DNA of 24,000 nt. Source: Methanocaldococcus jannaschii DSM 2661 (lineage in GTDB: Archaea; AGJL01; Methanococci; Methanococcales; Methanocaldococcaceae). Below the pieces are notes generated by a model. That model made no database searches. It was not told the origin of the DNA and saw only the letters and a program-made list of their open reading frames with translations. Below are positions 1 to 9,595 of this stretch, piece by piece. The translations under genes and the position numbers were made by a program. Numbering within the stretch: the first letter of the stretch is position 1; each line of letters starts with the position of its first letter. The stretch spans positions 628,485 through 652,484 of the forward strand of contig NC_000909.1 in NCBI RefSeq assembly GCF_000091665.1, in the 5' to 3' direction.

Positions 1-1349
1 CTGAGAGGGCTAAAAGATATGAACACATAACAAAAATAAAAGAGAGTGTAAATAGTAGAATAAAATGGATAGCTAAAGACATCGATGCCGTGATTGAGAT
101 ATATGAAGATTCAGACGTGTCTGGAAAATCCACATGCACTGGAACTATTGAGGACTTCGTTAAATACTTTAGAGACAGATTTGAAAGATTAAAGGTTTTT
201 ATTGAGAGAAAAGCTCAAAGAAAGGGATATCCTCTAAAAGATATAAAGAAAATGAAAGGACAGAAGGATATTTTTGTCGTAGGAATCGTTAGTGATGTTG
301 ATAGTACAAGAAATGGGAACTTGATAGTTAGGATTGAAGACACCGAAGATGAAGCAACGTTAATTCTGCCAAAAGAAAAAATCGAAGCTGGAAAAATACC
401 TGACGATATTTTGTTAGATGAAGTTATTGGAGCTATTGGGACTGTTAGCAAATCTGGAAGTTCAATATACGTTGATGAAATTATACGTCCAGCATTACCA
501 CCAAAAGAACCAAAGAGAATTGATGAAGAGATATATATGGCATTTTTATCTGATATTCACGTTGGAAGTAAGGAGTTTTTGCATAAAGAGTTTGAAAAAT
601 TCATCAGATTTTTAAATGGAGATGTTGATAATGAATTAGAGGAAAAGGTCGTTAGCAGATTAAAATACATCTGCATAGCTGGGGATTTAGTTGATGGGGT
701 TGGTGTCTATCCAGGGCAGGAAGAGGATTTGTATGAGGTAGATATTATTGAGCAGTATAGAGAAATAGCAATGTATTTAGATCAGATTCCAGAGCATATA
801 AGCATAATCATCTCCCCAGGAAACCACGATGCTGTTAGACCAGCAGAACCTCAACCAAAACTGCCAGAGAAAATAACTAAGCTATTTAATAGAGATAACA
901 TCTACTTCGTTGGAAACCCATGCACTCTCAACATCCATGGCTTTGATACTCTATTATATCACGGCAGAAGCTTTGACGACTTAGTTGGACAAATAAGGGC
1001 TGCAAGTTATGAAAATCCAGTAACTATTATGAAGGAGTTGATAAAAAGAAGGCTATTATGTCCAACTTATGGAGGAAGATGTCCTATAGCTCCAGAACAT
1101 AAAGATTACTTGGTTATAGATAGGGATATTGATATTTTACACACTGGGCATATACACATCAACGGTTATGGAATTTATAGAGGAGTTGTTATGGTTAATA
1201 GCGGGACATTCCAAGAGCAAACAGATTTCCAGAAGAGGATGGGTATTAGCCCAACACCTGCAATAGTTCCAATAATAAACATGGCTAAGGTTGGGGAGAA
1301 GGGGCATTATTTAGAATGGGATAGGGGAGTTTTAGAGGTTAGATATTAA
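1..1349 (+). CDS. polB: DNA polymerase II (PolD) small subunit DP1, 5'-truncated by the window edge
   Basis: The frame of ORF 90..1349 stays open back to position 3, so the gene enters from the left. Mre11/calcineurin-like phosphoesterase motifs are present (FLSDIHVGS, AGDLVDG, GNHD, GHIH), typical of archaeal DP1. Confidence 0.9.
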   Translation, partial: ERAKRYEHITKIKESVNSRIKWIAKDIDAVIEIYEDSDVSGKSTCTGTIEDFVKYFRDRFERLKVFIERKAQRKGYPLKDIKKMKGQKDIFVVGIVSDVDSTRNGNLIVRIEDTEDEATLILPKEKIEAGKIPDDILLDEVIGAIGTVSKSGSSIYVDEIIRPALPPKEPKRIDEEIYMAFLSDIHVGSKEFLHKEFEKFIRFLNGDVDNELEEKVVSRLKYICIAGDLVDGVGVYPGQEEDLYEVDIIEQYREIAMYLDQIPEHISIIISPGNHDAVRPAEPQPKLPEKITKLFNRDNIYFVGNPCTLNIHGFDTLLYHGRSFDDLVGQIRAASYENPVTIMKELIKRRLLCPTYGGRCPIAPEHKDYLVIDRDIDILHTGHIHINGYGIYRGVVMVNSGTFQEQTDFQKRMGISPTPAIVPIINMAKVGEKGHYLEWDRGVLEVRY

Positions 1350-1373
1350 TAAATAATAATTTAGAGGGAAACT

Positions 1374-2054
1374 ATGAAAATAATCCCAGTCATTGATTTA
1401 AAAGACAAAATAGCTGTGCATGGAAAGAGTGGAAATAGAGATGAATATAAGCCATTAGAGTCAGTTATCTGCAAATCATCAAATCCTATTGAAGTAGCAA
1501 AAGCCTACAAAGAAAGAGGAGCTAAAACTATCTATATTGCTGACTTAAACTTTATAATGGGCAATGGAGATAATTTTGATATTATAAAAGAGATAGATTT
1601 TATAAACAAGATTGTTGATATTGGAGTAAAGAGTAGAGAGGATTTAGAAACTATCAAAAAAGTTTTAAATAAAGATGATAGGGCAATTGTAGCAACAGAG
1701 ACATTAAAAGATATTGAATTGCTTAAAGAAAAAGATATAGTTGTTAGCTTAGATTTTAAGAATGGGAATCTTTTAAACTACAGCTTGGATGAGATTTTAT
1801 CTTGTGTTAGAGATGATACACCACTAATAATCTTAGATATCTCTTCAGTTGGAACTCAAAGAGGGGTTAATGCAGAGCTTATAAAATATGTTTTAGATAA
1901 AACTAACAATCCGGTGTATGTTGGTGGTGGAATTAAAGGAATGGAAGATTTAGAGCTATGCTATAACTTAGGAGTTGATGCTGTTTTAATAGCAACGGCA
2001 ATACATAAAGGGGTTTTAGATTTAGAGGAGATTATTAATAAGTTTGGTGATTAA
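1374..2054 (+). CDS. HisA/HisF-family (beta/alpha)8-barrel protein
   Basis: 226 aa. N-terminal IIPVIDL strand and C-terminal phosphate-binding GGGI(K)..DL motif as in HisA/HisF. GGAAAC-type RBS region lies before the ATG. Confidence 0.75.
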   Translation: MKIIPVIDLKDKIAVHGKSGNRDEYKPLESVICKSSNPIEVAKAYKERGAKTIYIADLNFIMGNGDNFDIIKEIDFINKIVDIGVKSREDLETIKKVLNKDDRAIVATETLKDIELLKEKDIVVSLDFKNGNLLNYSLDEILSCVRDDTPLIILDISSVGTQRGVNAELIKYVLDKTNNPVYVGGGIKGMEDLELCYNLGVDAVLIATAIHKGVLDLEEIINKFGD

Positions 2055-2191
2055 TAAAGTTCTATCAGTTGATGAATTCAATCTAATGAAAAAATAAACA
2101 CTACTTTTTACAGAAACATATTTAAAAGATGGTGTTATAGTTGGATGAAGTTGAGGTATAGAACTATTTTATTATTTTTTTGGTGGGTAAT

Positions 2192-2488
2192 ATGAATATT
2201 AGAGATAAAATTAAAAGCATTAAAAATTGGATTAACTTTATTAAACCAATAATTACAATCGTTGGTATTGTTATCAGTGCCGTTGCATTTACAATTTCAA
2301 TTTTATGGGGTATGTTATTTTTAATTCTGTTTTTAATATTAATTACTTTTTCTAAAACCATTAGAAAAATATTAAGTAAAAAAGAACGTTCATATCAAGG
2401 TCTTATATTATCAATAATTGGGTCCATAATTATTATATCAATTATCGTATATTCACACTGTTATATAGAGTTTAAGCTATTAATATAA
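2192..2488 (+). CDS. small hypothetical membrane protein (3 predicted TM helices)
   Basis: ORF 2180..2488. The ATG at 2192 follows a GGTGG RBS. Long hydrophobic runs. No recognisable family. Confidence 0.45.
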   Translation: MNIRDKIKSIKNWINFIKPIITIVGIVISAVAFTISILWGMLFLILFLILITFSKTIRKILSKKERSYQGLILSIIGSIIIISIIVYSHCYIEFKLLI

Positions 2489-2583
2489 TTAAAAAAATTA
2501 TTATAACTACAATATTCACATTATTTGTAGGAGATTTTAATAAATGGATATCTATTCTCTTAATTGCTTATGCTTTTCTTTAC

Positions 2584-3717
2584 ATGTTTGCATTTGAAGG
2601 TTTTAAATGGGAAATTGTTGAAATATTTGATTGGAAAGGGCTTAAAAAATTGCAAACAACTTTTCAAAACTATCTTCTCATTCTCTCTATGATTGTGTCT
2701 ATAGCAGTGGTTGTTGCAATAAAAAATTATGATTCATTATGGTCTTTAATAACCAATAGCAGTGACAGCAGTAATTTCCTTACAGTAGGGAGTATTTTAG
2801 CAACTATCTCAGCACTACTTGTATCAATATCTTGGGTTATTATTCAGACATCATCAGATAGATTAAGTAATATCTTAATGTGGATATGGGTTAGAGATGT
2901 AAGATTTTTAACTTTTGTAGTAATTTCTTTCACAACTGTGTTTTTATTTATTCTTATTTCATTAACACATGTTCAATTGCATGTAATTGACTATGGAATT
3001 ATTTATTACGTTATAATGTTAAATTTCTTAATGTATGCTTTATATATAAAAGCATTTGCAAATGTTATAAATCCAAAATATGCAGTCGATTTAATTTTGA
3101 GAGATAAAGATATAGGAGATAAATCAGGAGGCTATGGTGATTTAACTGATGCTGAATCGAGATTATTCGCAGTCTATGAAATTATTGAGAAGAGAATTAA
3201 AGTGGGAGATGTTTATGCAGTAATAAAATGCTTAAATATGATTAACAAAAACTTTAATAAATACTGGATGTTTATTAAAGATGAAAAACGTGAAAAATAT
3301 CTTAGGGATTTTTTAAGAATTCTTAGTAAATTAAGAGTTGAATATAGAAAAAATTGTTTAAATAGGAAAAATAAGCCATACTCTAAAAAAGGTTTGGAAG
3401 CTTTTAAGAAAACAGAATTTATAGTTTCATTTTACAAAACTATCGAAGAAAAAATTAAAACAAGAGACATTAATAGTATTAATAAATTTTTAAGTGAAAC
3501 ATACAACAACATTAGCAATTATGAGATGTTCAACGATAAAACATACCTTGAAATATTTGTGCATCATTTAAAAGAATTATTAGAGAAATATGAAAAAGAA
3601 AAGAATGAGAATAAGTTAGATGAAGAGATATTCAACGAACTAAAAGATGAACTCGAAAAACTAATTAATAAATGCAATAATAAACTAAGAGAACTTGAAT
3701 CACAAAATAACAACTAA
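2584..3717 (+). CDS. hypothetical protein: N-terminal multi-TM domain plus K/E/N-rich helical C-terminal half
   Basis: 377-aa ORF. About 5 hydrophobic helices in the first 170 aa, then a charged, probably coiled-coil region. No family recognised. Confidence 0.6.
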   Translation: MFAFEGFKWEIVEIFDWKGLKKLQTTFQNYLLILSMIVSIAVVVAIKNYDSLWSLITNSSDSSNFLTVGSILATISALLVSISWVIIQTSSDRLSNILMWIWVRDVRFLTFVVISFTTVFLFILISLTHVQLHVIDYGIIYYVIMLNFLMYALYIKAFANVINPKYAVDLILRDKDIGDKSGGYGDLTDAESRLFAVYEIIEKRIKVGDVYAVIKCLNMINKNFNKYWMFIKDEKREKYLRDFLRILSKLRVEYRKNCLNRKNKPYSKKGLEAFKKTEFIVSFYKTIEEKIKTRDINSINKFLSETYNNISNYEMFNDKTYLEIFVHHLKELLEKYEKEKNENKLDEEIFNELKDELEKLINKCNNKLRELESQNNN

Positions 3718-3734
3718 ACTAATCTGGTGATAAA

Positions 3735-4952
3735 ATGGAAAATTATAATGACATCCTTGAAAAAATGTTAAATGGAGAAATAAAGCCATATCAATTAGAT
3801 AAAATGTTTGGTTCAAAAATAGCAACTGAAATTAGAAGAAAATTTATTGAAAAAAAGGTTGGGATTGAATTTAAGCATATATGCAATTACTCAATAGATG
3901 AAGAAATGGCTATGAAGAAGAATATAGAAAATATGATTGGAGCTATACAGATTCCATTGGGTTTTGCTGGGCCTTTAAAGATAAATGGGGAATATGCAAA
4001 GGGAGAGTTTTACATCCCATTGGCAACAACTGAAGGAGCTTTGGTGGCATCGGTTAATAGGGGTTGCTCAATAATAACAAAATGTGGGGGGGCAACTGTT
4101 AGGGTTATAGATGATAAGATGACAAGAGCCCCTTGCTTAAAAACAAAGAGTGTTGTAGATGCAATAAAAGTCAGAGATTGGATTAGAGAAAACTTTGAGA
4201 GGATAAAGGAAGTTGCTGAATCAACAACAAGGCATGGAAAGCTAATAAAGATAGAGCCAATTTTAATCGTTGGAAGAAATCTATATCCAAGATTTGTATT
4301 TAAAACTGGAGATGCCATGGGCATGAATATGGTTACAATTGCAACAGAGAAGGCATGTAATTTTATAGAGGGGGAATTAAAAAAAGAAGGCATATTTGTT
4401 AAAACAGTTGCTGTCAGTGGAAATGCATGTGTAGATAAAAAGCCTAGTGGAATGAACTTAATTAATGGTAGAGGGAAATCTATTGTAGCAGAGGTATTTT
4501 TAACTGAGAAGGAAGTTAATAAATACCTAAAAACCACTTCCCAAGCTATAGCTGAAGTAAATAGGTTAAAGAATTATATAGGTTCAGCAATAAGCAATTC
4601 AATGGGATTCAATGCCCATTATGCAAATATCATTGGGGCAATATTCTTAGCTACTGGGCAAGATGAGGCACATATAGTTGAGGGTAGTTTAGGAATTACA
4701 ATGGCTGAAGTTGAAGATGATGGATTATATTTTTCAGTAACTCTCCCAGATGTTCCTATTGGGACTGTTGGAGGAGGAACAAGGGTTGAAACACAAAAAG
4801 AGTGCTTAGAGATGCTTGGTTGCTACGGAGATAATAAAGCTTTAAAATTTGCTGAAATTGTTGGAGCTGCAGTTTTAGCTGGGGAGTTATCTTTATTAGG
4901 AGCTTTAGCAGCTGGACATTTAGGAAAAGCTCATCAAGAACTCGGTAGATAA
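3735..4952 (+). CDS. hmgA: 3-hydroxy-3-methylglutaryl-CoA reductase (class I)
   Basis: 405 aa with motifs EGALVAS, DAMGMNM and GTVGGGT, plus the C-terminal GHL(G)KAH catalytic His region. GGTGAT RBS precedes the ATG. Confidence 0.95.
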   Translation: MENYNDILEKMLNGEIKPYQLDKMFGSKIATEIRRKFIEKKVGIEFKHICNYSIDEEMAMKKNIENMIGAIQIPLGFAGPLKINGEYAKGEFYIPLATTEGALVASVNRGCSIITKCGGATVRVIDDKMTRAPCLKTKSVVDAIKVRDWIRENFERIKEVAESTTRHGKLIKIEPILIVGRNLYPRFVFKTGDAMGMNMVTIATEKACNFIEGELKKEGIFVKTVAVSGNACVDKKPSGMNLINGRGKSIVAEVFLTEKEVNKYLKTTSQAIAEVNRLKNYIGSAISNSMGFNAHYANIIGAIFLATGQDEAHIVEGSLGITMAEVEDDGLYFSVTLPDVPIGTVGGGTRVETQKECLEMLGCYGDNKALKFAEIVGAAVLAGELSLLGALAAGHLGKAHQELGR

Positions 4953-4954
4953 TT

Positions 4955-5599
4955 ATGAGAGATGCTTATTTAATGATGGTGCTAATGGACGCATTGAAAG
5001 AGATATTTGATTTAAAAGAAATTCTAAAAAGCCCTATAAGAAATAAGAAAGTTATTTTATTTGTTAGTTTGGTTTTTATCTTATCTTTAGTATTATTATA
5101 TATTTTGGTAGTTAATATAAAGTATTTCTCATATTTAGGAGATATCATCTTCCAAAATTTTCAAAAACATGTTGAAAATCTAAAAATTACGTTAAATGAG
5201 GATAACTTACATATAATATTAGCAATTTGGAAAAATAACCTAACCGTATGTATTTTAAACTATATCCTTGGGATTTTTTCACTATTTGTTATTGCAGTTA
5301 ATTCCTATATCTTATCATACGTGCTTTACAAATTTGGTGCTGAAAGCTTTATCTATTTAGTTTTACCACATGGAATCATTGAAATTCCAGCTTTAATACT
5401 TTCAGCATCAGGTGGGGTTTTATTTAACATGGGATTAGTTAATTTCTTAATAAATATCAAATTTGGAACTAAAAGAGAGGTTTTATATTACATAAAAGAG
5501 TCTTTAAAGTTGCTCATACTCTCTATAATACTATTCATAGTTGCTGGAATTGTTGAAGGGACTATAACCTTTAAAATAGCCAAAATCATGTTTTCTTAA
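4955..5599 (+). CDS. SpoIIM/DUF95-family integral membrane protein
   Basis: 214 aa, multi-TM, with the LPHGIIEIPALILSASGG signature typical of the stage II sporulation protein M-like family. Confidence 0.7.
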   Translation: MRDAYLMMVLMDALKEIFDLKEILKSPIRNKKVILFVSLVFILSLVLLYILVVNIKYFSYLGDIIFQNFQKHVENLKITLNEDNLHIILAIWKNNLTVCILNYILGIFSLFVIAVNSYILSYVLYKFGAESFIYLVLPHGIIEIPALILSASGGVLFNMGLVNFLINIKFGTKREVLYYIKESLKLLILSIILFIVAGIVEGTITFKIAKIMFS

Positions 5600-5643
5600 T
5601 TGAGTTTTAAGATATAAAAAAGAATAAACAAAAAGTAGCTCGC

Positions 5644-5787
5644 TTATCCTCTTGGTTCTTTTGCTTTTGGTCTTAAACCTTTGTATCCACACTTTCTACA
5701 CTTTGTAGCTCTCCAAGGGTTTCTTGCATTACATCTCATACAAATCTTTTTCATAAATAACCTTTTCATTGCTTCTTCAAATGGCAT
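5644..5787 (-). CDS. rpl40e: 50S ribosomal protein L40e (zinc ribbon)
   Basis: Not in the ORF track (47 aa). Reverse-strand translation: [47 protein letters not shown]. CxxC...CxxC ribbon. AGGTGAG RBS (5791-5797) upstream. Confidence 0.9.
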   Translation of the reverse strand: MPFEEAMKRLFMKKICMRCNARNPWRATKCRKCGYKGLRPKAKEPRG

Positions 5788-5936
5788 TCTCTCACCTACA
5801 GATTTTTAATAAACATATTAAAACTTTTTAAAACTTTTTATATGTTTTTATGTTTTTTGACAGATTTAAATTTTAGTTATATATTTTACTTTTGGAACTT
5901 TAGATGCCCTTTAGGCAGCAATAATCAATAGAATAT

Positions 5937-6446
5937 TTATTTCCTGAGAAAGTCCTGCTGAATTTCCACAACTTCCATTGAATTTTTAGCATTTGAGTAT
6001 CTTTCTAATAATTCATAATTAACCTTTATAAATGTTTCTGCCCATTTAAAACAGGAGGTTAAATCCCAAGCTTCATCCTTAAAGTTAGTTATATATAAAG
6101 CGGCAATAAAAGCTTCCAATGTTGAAAGCATGCATGGCTTTCCATAATTTATAGGGTTGCATGCAACTAAAAACGGTAGAGACCTTTGATTTTTAAATTT
6201 AAATTTCTTAAACATTAACTCCGCTTCTTTCCATGAACAATCTAAAGCAGTTATTCCAAACTTTTCCACTATCTCTTTATCTTCTGGAGATAGAGCTTTT
6301 TCAGCGTAAGGATTCAGTATTAAAGAGTTTTTTGGAACTTTATAAGGATTTTTTAACAAAATGGCTTTATTCATCTTAGCCATTTTTAAGGATGTGCATT
6401 TTTTTGGATTGCACTGATTTGCATGATATATGAAAAGCTTCGGCAT
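5937..6446 (-). CDS. tsr3: 16S rRNA aminocarboxypropyltransferase Tsr3 (DUF367)
   Basis: The ORF 5937..6455 start is a GTG. The ATG at 6446 (MPKLFIYH...) follows a GTGA RBS. N-terminal CNPKKCT RLI-type motif and LDCSW motif are characteristic of Tsr3. Confidence 0.85.
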   Translation of the reverse strand: MPKLFIYHANQCNPKKCTSLKMAKMNKAILLKNPYKVPKNSLILNPYAEKALSPEDKEIVEKFGITALDCSWKEAELMFKKFKFKNQRSLPFLVACNPINYGKPCMLSTLEAFIAALYITNFKDEAWDLTSCFKWAETFIKVNYELLERYSNAKNSMEVVEIQQDFLRK

Positions 6447-6530
6447 TGTTATCACAATTTTGTGAAATGGTAAAGAAAATTAAGTTGTATAAGTAGTATT
6501 TATTTTTTACTGTTATTGTGGTGATAGACG

Positions 6531-7883
6531 ATGAAAAATGTTGAAATATTGTTGGATGACCCAAAAAAAGCAGTAATTGAAGTATCAAAGCCAATAATTG
6601 TTGCTACATTCATTGAATCAATCTATAGCTTAGTTGATAGTATCTGGGTTTCTGGATTGGGGGCAGATGCATTAGCTGCTGTGGGAGCGAGTTTTCCAAT
6701 ATTAATTAGCATATATGCAGTTAGTTGGGGTTTGAGTATTGGGATTAGCTCTGGAATAGCAAGAAGAGTTGGAGCAAAAAATAAAGAAGAAGCTGATAAA
6801 GTAGCAAATCATGCAATTATTTTAGCTTTAATTGCTGGAATTTTGTATATTATAGCTGTATATCCAAATCTTGATACGCTATTTAGCTTAATGGGAACCT
6901 ATGGAGATTGTAAGTCATTAGCTATAAAATACTCCAGCATACTGGTTTTAGGAACTGTTATATTTACAATCTGCGATGCGTTATATGGGATATTTAGGGG
7001 GGAGGGAAATACAAAGATAGTTATGATAGCAAGCGTTATAGGCACTTTAACAAACATCATCTTAGACCCGATATTCATCTATATGCTAAATTTAGGGATA
7101 AGTGGGGCAAGTTATGCTACTTTGATAGCTATAATTATATCTCTCTTAATTTTAGCTTATGAGCTGTTTATAAAAAAATCATGTTATGTTACAGTTAAAT
7201 TATCAAAATTTAAACCTGATTTAAAGATTATAGCCGATTTAATTAGAGTTGGAATTCCTTCAGCATTGATAGAGATTACTGTTGCAGTATCATTTTTTAT
7301 AATGACTTCAATAATTATGATGGTTGGAGATAGTAGAGGTTTAGCTGTCTATACTGGAGCTTTAAGAATAACAGAGTTTGGCTTTATTCCAATGTTAGGT
7401 TTGGCAAGTGGAGCTACTTCAGTTATAGGAGCCACTTACGGAGCAAGGAGTTTTGAAAAATTAAAAACAGCTTATTTTTACACAATAAAAATTGGGGTTT
7501 TAATGGAAATTATTATAGTTGCTTTAATAATGCTCTTATCCCCAATCTTAGCTTATCTATTTACTTACACAAAAACCTCAATGGGAATTCATGAAGAACT
7601 TGTTAAAGCTTTAAGAATAGTTCCATTATATTTACTATTTACACCATTTATTTTAACAACATCCGCAATGTTCCAAGGAATTGGTAAAGGAGAAAAATCA
7701 TTAATAATTTCCATATTTAGGTCGCTAATATGTCATATATCCTATGCTTATCTATTTGCAGTAATATTGGGATTAGGAATGTTTGGAATATATAGCGGCT
7801 TAGTGGTTGGAGAATTTACAGCTGGAATTTTTGCATTTCTATTTGGAGTTTTAGCTATAAAAGCATTAATAAAATCTAAATAA
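6531..7883 (+). CDS. MATE-family efflux transporter
   Basis: 450 aa, about 12 TM helices with duplicated 6-TM architecture. GGTGAT RBS before the ATG. Confidence 0.85.
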
Positions 7884-7909
7884 AATTAAAAATATTTTGA
7901 GGGGTAATT

Positions 7910-8965
7910 ATGATTGGATATGTTTTAAATGGAGAGCATGAAGAAATCCCTTATGGAGAACTTATGGCATTATTAGAAATTTTTAATTACAATGGAAGTG
8001 TTGAGAGATTAAAAAGATACGTTATAACTGAAGATAGTCCTGCCAAAGATATCGTTAAAAGAAGTGGGTATATAGATGAGGGGCATAGGATAATATTTAG
8101 ATACAATTTAGAAGAAAAAAGTGTAGATTTAGTAGATAAAATTGTCAATGATTTTATAAACTCATTTAAAGATTTTGTAGCAAATATTGATTATCCAGAT
8201 ATTGATGAGAGTAAATCTTATGCCGTTAGAGTTTTAAAACTTCATAAAGATGAATTTACAAAATCTATAGACTCATTAAGAATTGAGAAGGAAATTGGAG
8301 GGATTATAAAATTAAAAACCAATGCAAAAGTAAATTTAACAAAACCAGATATATTAGTTAGAGTTGTTATTTTAGAAAACACATTTTTTATTTCCAATGT
8401 ATTAGAGATGAGAGATAGGGAATACTTCCAAAAGAATAGGCCACATTTAAGAAAATACTTCCATCCGGGTTGTATGCTTCCAAAACTTGCAAGAGCTATG
8501 GTAAATCTAGCAAGAGTTAAAGAAGGAGATATTGTCTTAGACCCATTCTGTGGGACTGGAGGGTTTTTAATTGAGGCTGGTTTAATCGGAGCTAAGCTTA
8601 TTGGTTGTGATATAGATTGGAGAATGGCTTCTGGAACTTTAATCAACCTTGAAGAATACAACCTATTAGATAAAGTGATAAAAGTTAAAAGATTAGATGC
8701 CAAATACGTAAAAGAGTTTTTAAATGAACTAAATATAGAAAAAGTCGATGCCATTGTAACAGACCCGCCTTATGGAATATCTACAGCAAAAAAGGGAGAG
8801 ATTGAAAAGATATTAGAAACTCTTCCAGAGGTCATTAAAGATAACGGCTACTTTGTTTTTGCATACCCAAAAAAGATAGAGCTTGATATGGAATTAGAGG
8901 GACTCTACAAGGTATATATCCATAAAGGGCTGATTAGACACATCCATGTTTATAAGAAAATCTAA
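7910..8965 (+). CDS. THUMP-domain tRNA (guanine-N2)-methyltransferase (Trm-G10/Trm11 family)
   Basis: 351 aa. N-terminal THUMP-like region, then SAM motif I VLDPFCGTGGFLIEA and catalytic DPPYG. Confidence 0.85.
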   Translation: MIGYVLNGEHEEIPYGELMALLEIFNYNGSVERLKRYVITEDSPAKDIVKRSGYIDEGHRIIFRYNLEEKSVDLVDKIVNDFINSFKDFVANIDYPDIDESKSYAVRVLKLHKDEFTKSIDSLRIEKEIGGIIKLKTNAKVNLTKPDILVRVVILENTFFISNVLEMRDREYFQKNRPHLRKYFHPGCMLPKLARAMVNLARVKEGDIVLDPFCGTGGFLIEAGLIGAKLIGCDIDWRMASGTLINLEEYNLLDKVIKVKRLDAKYVKEFLNELNIEKVDAIVTDPPYGISTAKKGEIEKILETLPEVIKDNGYFVFAYPKKIELDMELEGLYKVYIHKGLIRHIHVYKKI

Positions 8966-9053
8966 TATTATTACATTTACTAAAAATATTTATGAAAATT
9001 TATGAAAAATTAATTAAATTGTAAGTCAAATATTTAAATACCTAACCGAAAAG

Positions 9054-9061
9054 TTTATATA
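9054..9061 (+). promoter_or_regulatory. TATA box (TTTATATA) with purine-rich BRE-like CGAAAAG upstream; candidate promoter of the tRNA cluster
   Basis: Matches the consensus methanogen box A. tRNA-Phe begins 38 nt downstream of the box, so a short leader is expected. Confidence 0.6.
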
Positions 9062-9098
9062 CCTGAAATGTAATGCATAATTATGCAAACATTTGGGT

Positions 9099-9175
9099 GC
9101 CGCGGTAGTTCAGCCTGGGAGAACGCTGGACTGAAGATCCAGTTGTCGGGTGTTCAAATCACCCCCGCGGCACCA
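9099..9175 (+). tRNA. tRNA-Phe (GAA), CCA encoded
   Basis: Acceptor GCCGCGG/CCGCGGC. Anticodon stem CTGGA/TCCAG with loop CTGAAGA. T-arm GGGTG-TTCAAAT-CACCC. Confidence 0.95.
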
Positions 9176-9182
9176 TTGATGT

Positions 9183-9258
9183 GCCCCCATAGCTCAGATG
9201 GTAGAGCGACGGACTGTTAATCCGTAGGTCGCAGGTTCGAGTCCTGCTGGGGGCGCCA
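9183..9258 (+). tRNA. tRNA-Asn (GTT), CCA encoded
   Basis: Acceptor GCCCCCA/TGGGGGC. Anticodon loop CTGTTAA. T-loop GGTTCGAGTCC. Confidence 0.95.
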
Positions 9259-9287
9259 TTAATTTTTTATTTTTTTATACCCAATAT

Positions 9288-9365
9288 GGGCCCGTAGCTC
9301 AGCCTGGTCAGAGCGCTCGGCTCATAACCGAGTGGTCAAGGGTTCAAATCCCTTCGGGCCCACCA
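9288..9365 (+). tRNA. tRNA with CAT anticodon (elongator Met or Ile2), CCA encoded
   Basis: Acceptor GGGCCCG/CGGGCCC (G1:C72, so not an initiator). Anticodon loop CTCATAA. Met and agmatidine-modified Ile2 cannot be told apart by eye. Confidence 0.9.
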
Positions 9366-9383
9366 TATTAAAATCACTAATTA

Positions 9384-9458
9384 GCTCCGGTGGTGTAGTC
9401 CGGCCAATCATGCGGGCCTTTCGAGCCCGCGACCCGGGTTCAAATCCCGGCCGGAGCA
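9384..9458 (+). tRNA. tRNA-Glu (TTC), no encoded CCA
   Basis: Acceptor GCTCCGG/CCGGAGC. Anticodon stem CGGGC/GCCCG with loop CTTTCGA. Confidence 0.93.
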
Positions 9459-9497
9459 TCATTCGTCCTATTTTAAGATAATTAAGAATATATATGT

Positions 9498-9585
9498 GCA
9501 GGGGTCGCCAAGCCTGGCCAAAGGCGCTGGGCCTAGGACCCAGTCCCGTAGGGGTTCCAGGGTTCAAATCCCTGCCCCTGCACCA
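9498..9585 (+). tRNA. tRNA-Leu (TAG), long variable arm, CCA encoded
   Basis: Acceptor GCAGGGG/CCCCTGC. Anticodon loop CCTAGGA. 88 nt with a class II variable arm. Confidence 0.93.
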
Positions 9586-9595
9586 TAGGTAAAGT

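Noticed and set aside
2070-2140. Possible C/D-box sRNA (TTGATGAA at about 2079). Similar TGATG strings occur at 9788, 11670 and 23570
   Set aside because: No D or D' box (CTGA) at the required spacing and no terminal pairing. The TGATGC strings belong to the inner hairpin of the repeated element, not to canonical RUGAUGA C boxes.
2164-2361. 65-aa minus-strand ORF opposite the small membrane gene
   Set aside because: It is fully contained in the longer plus-strand ORF, which has an RBS-preceded ATG. No start context supports it. Neither ORF is strongly supported, so only the longer one is reported, at low confidence.
2476-2488. Programmed -1 ribosomal frameshift joining ORFs 2192..2488 and 2584..3717
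   Set aside because: No slippery heptamer (X XXY YYZ) and no downstream pseudoknot or hairpin in the 13-nt overlap window. If the ORFs are linked, a mutation or sequencing error is more plausible.
5818-5840. Short tandem repeats AAAACTTTTTA x2 (5818-5840) and TTTATGAAAA x2 (8989-9008)
   Set aside because: Two-unit AT-rich repeats in promoter-rich intergenic DNA. This is expected by chance at this composition, and no structure or conservation was detectable.
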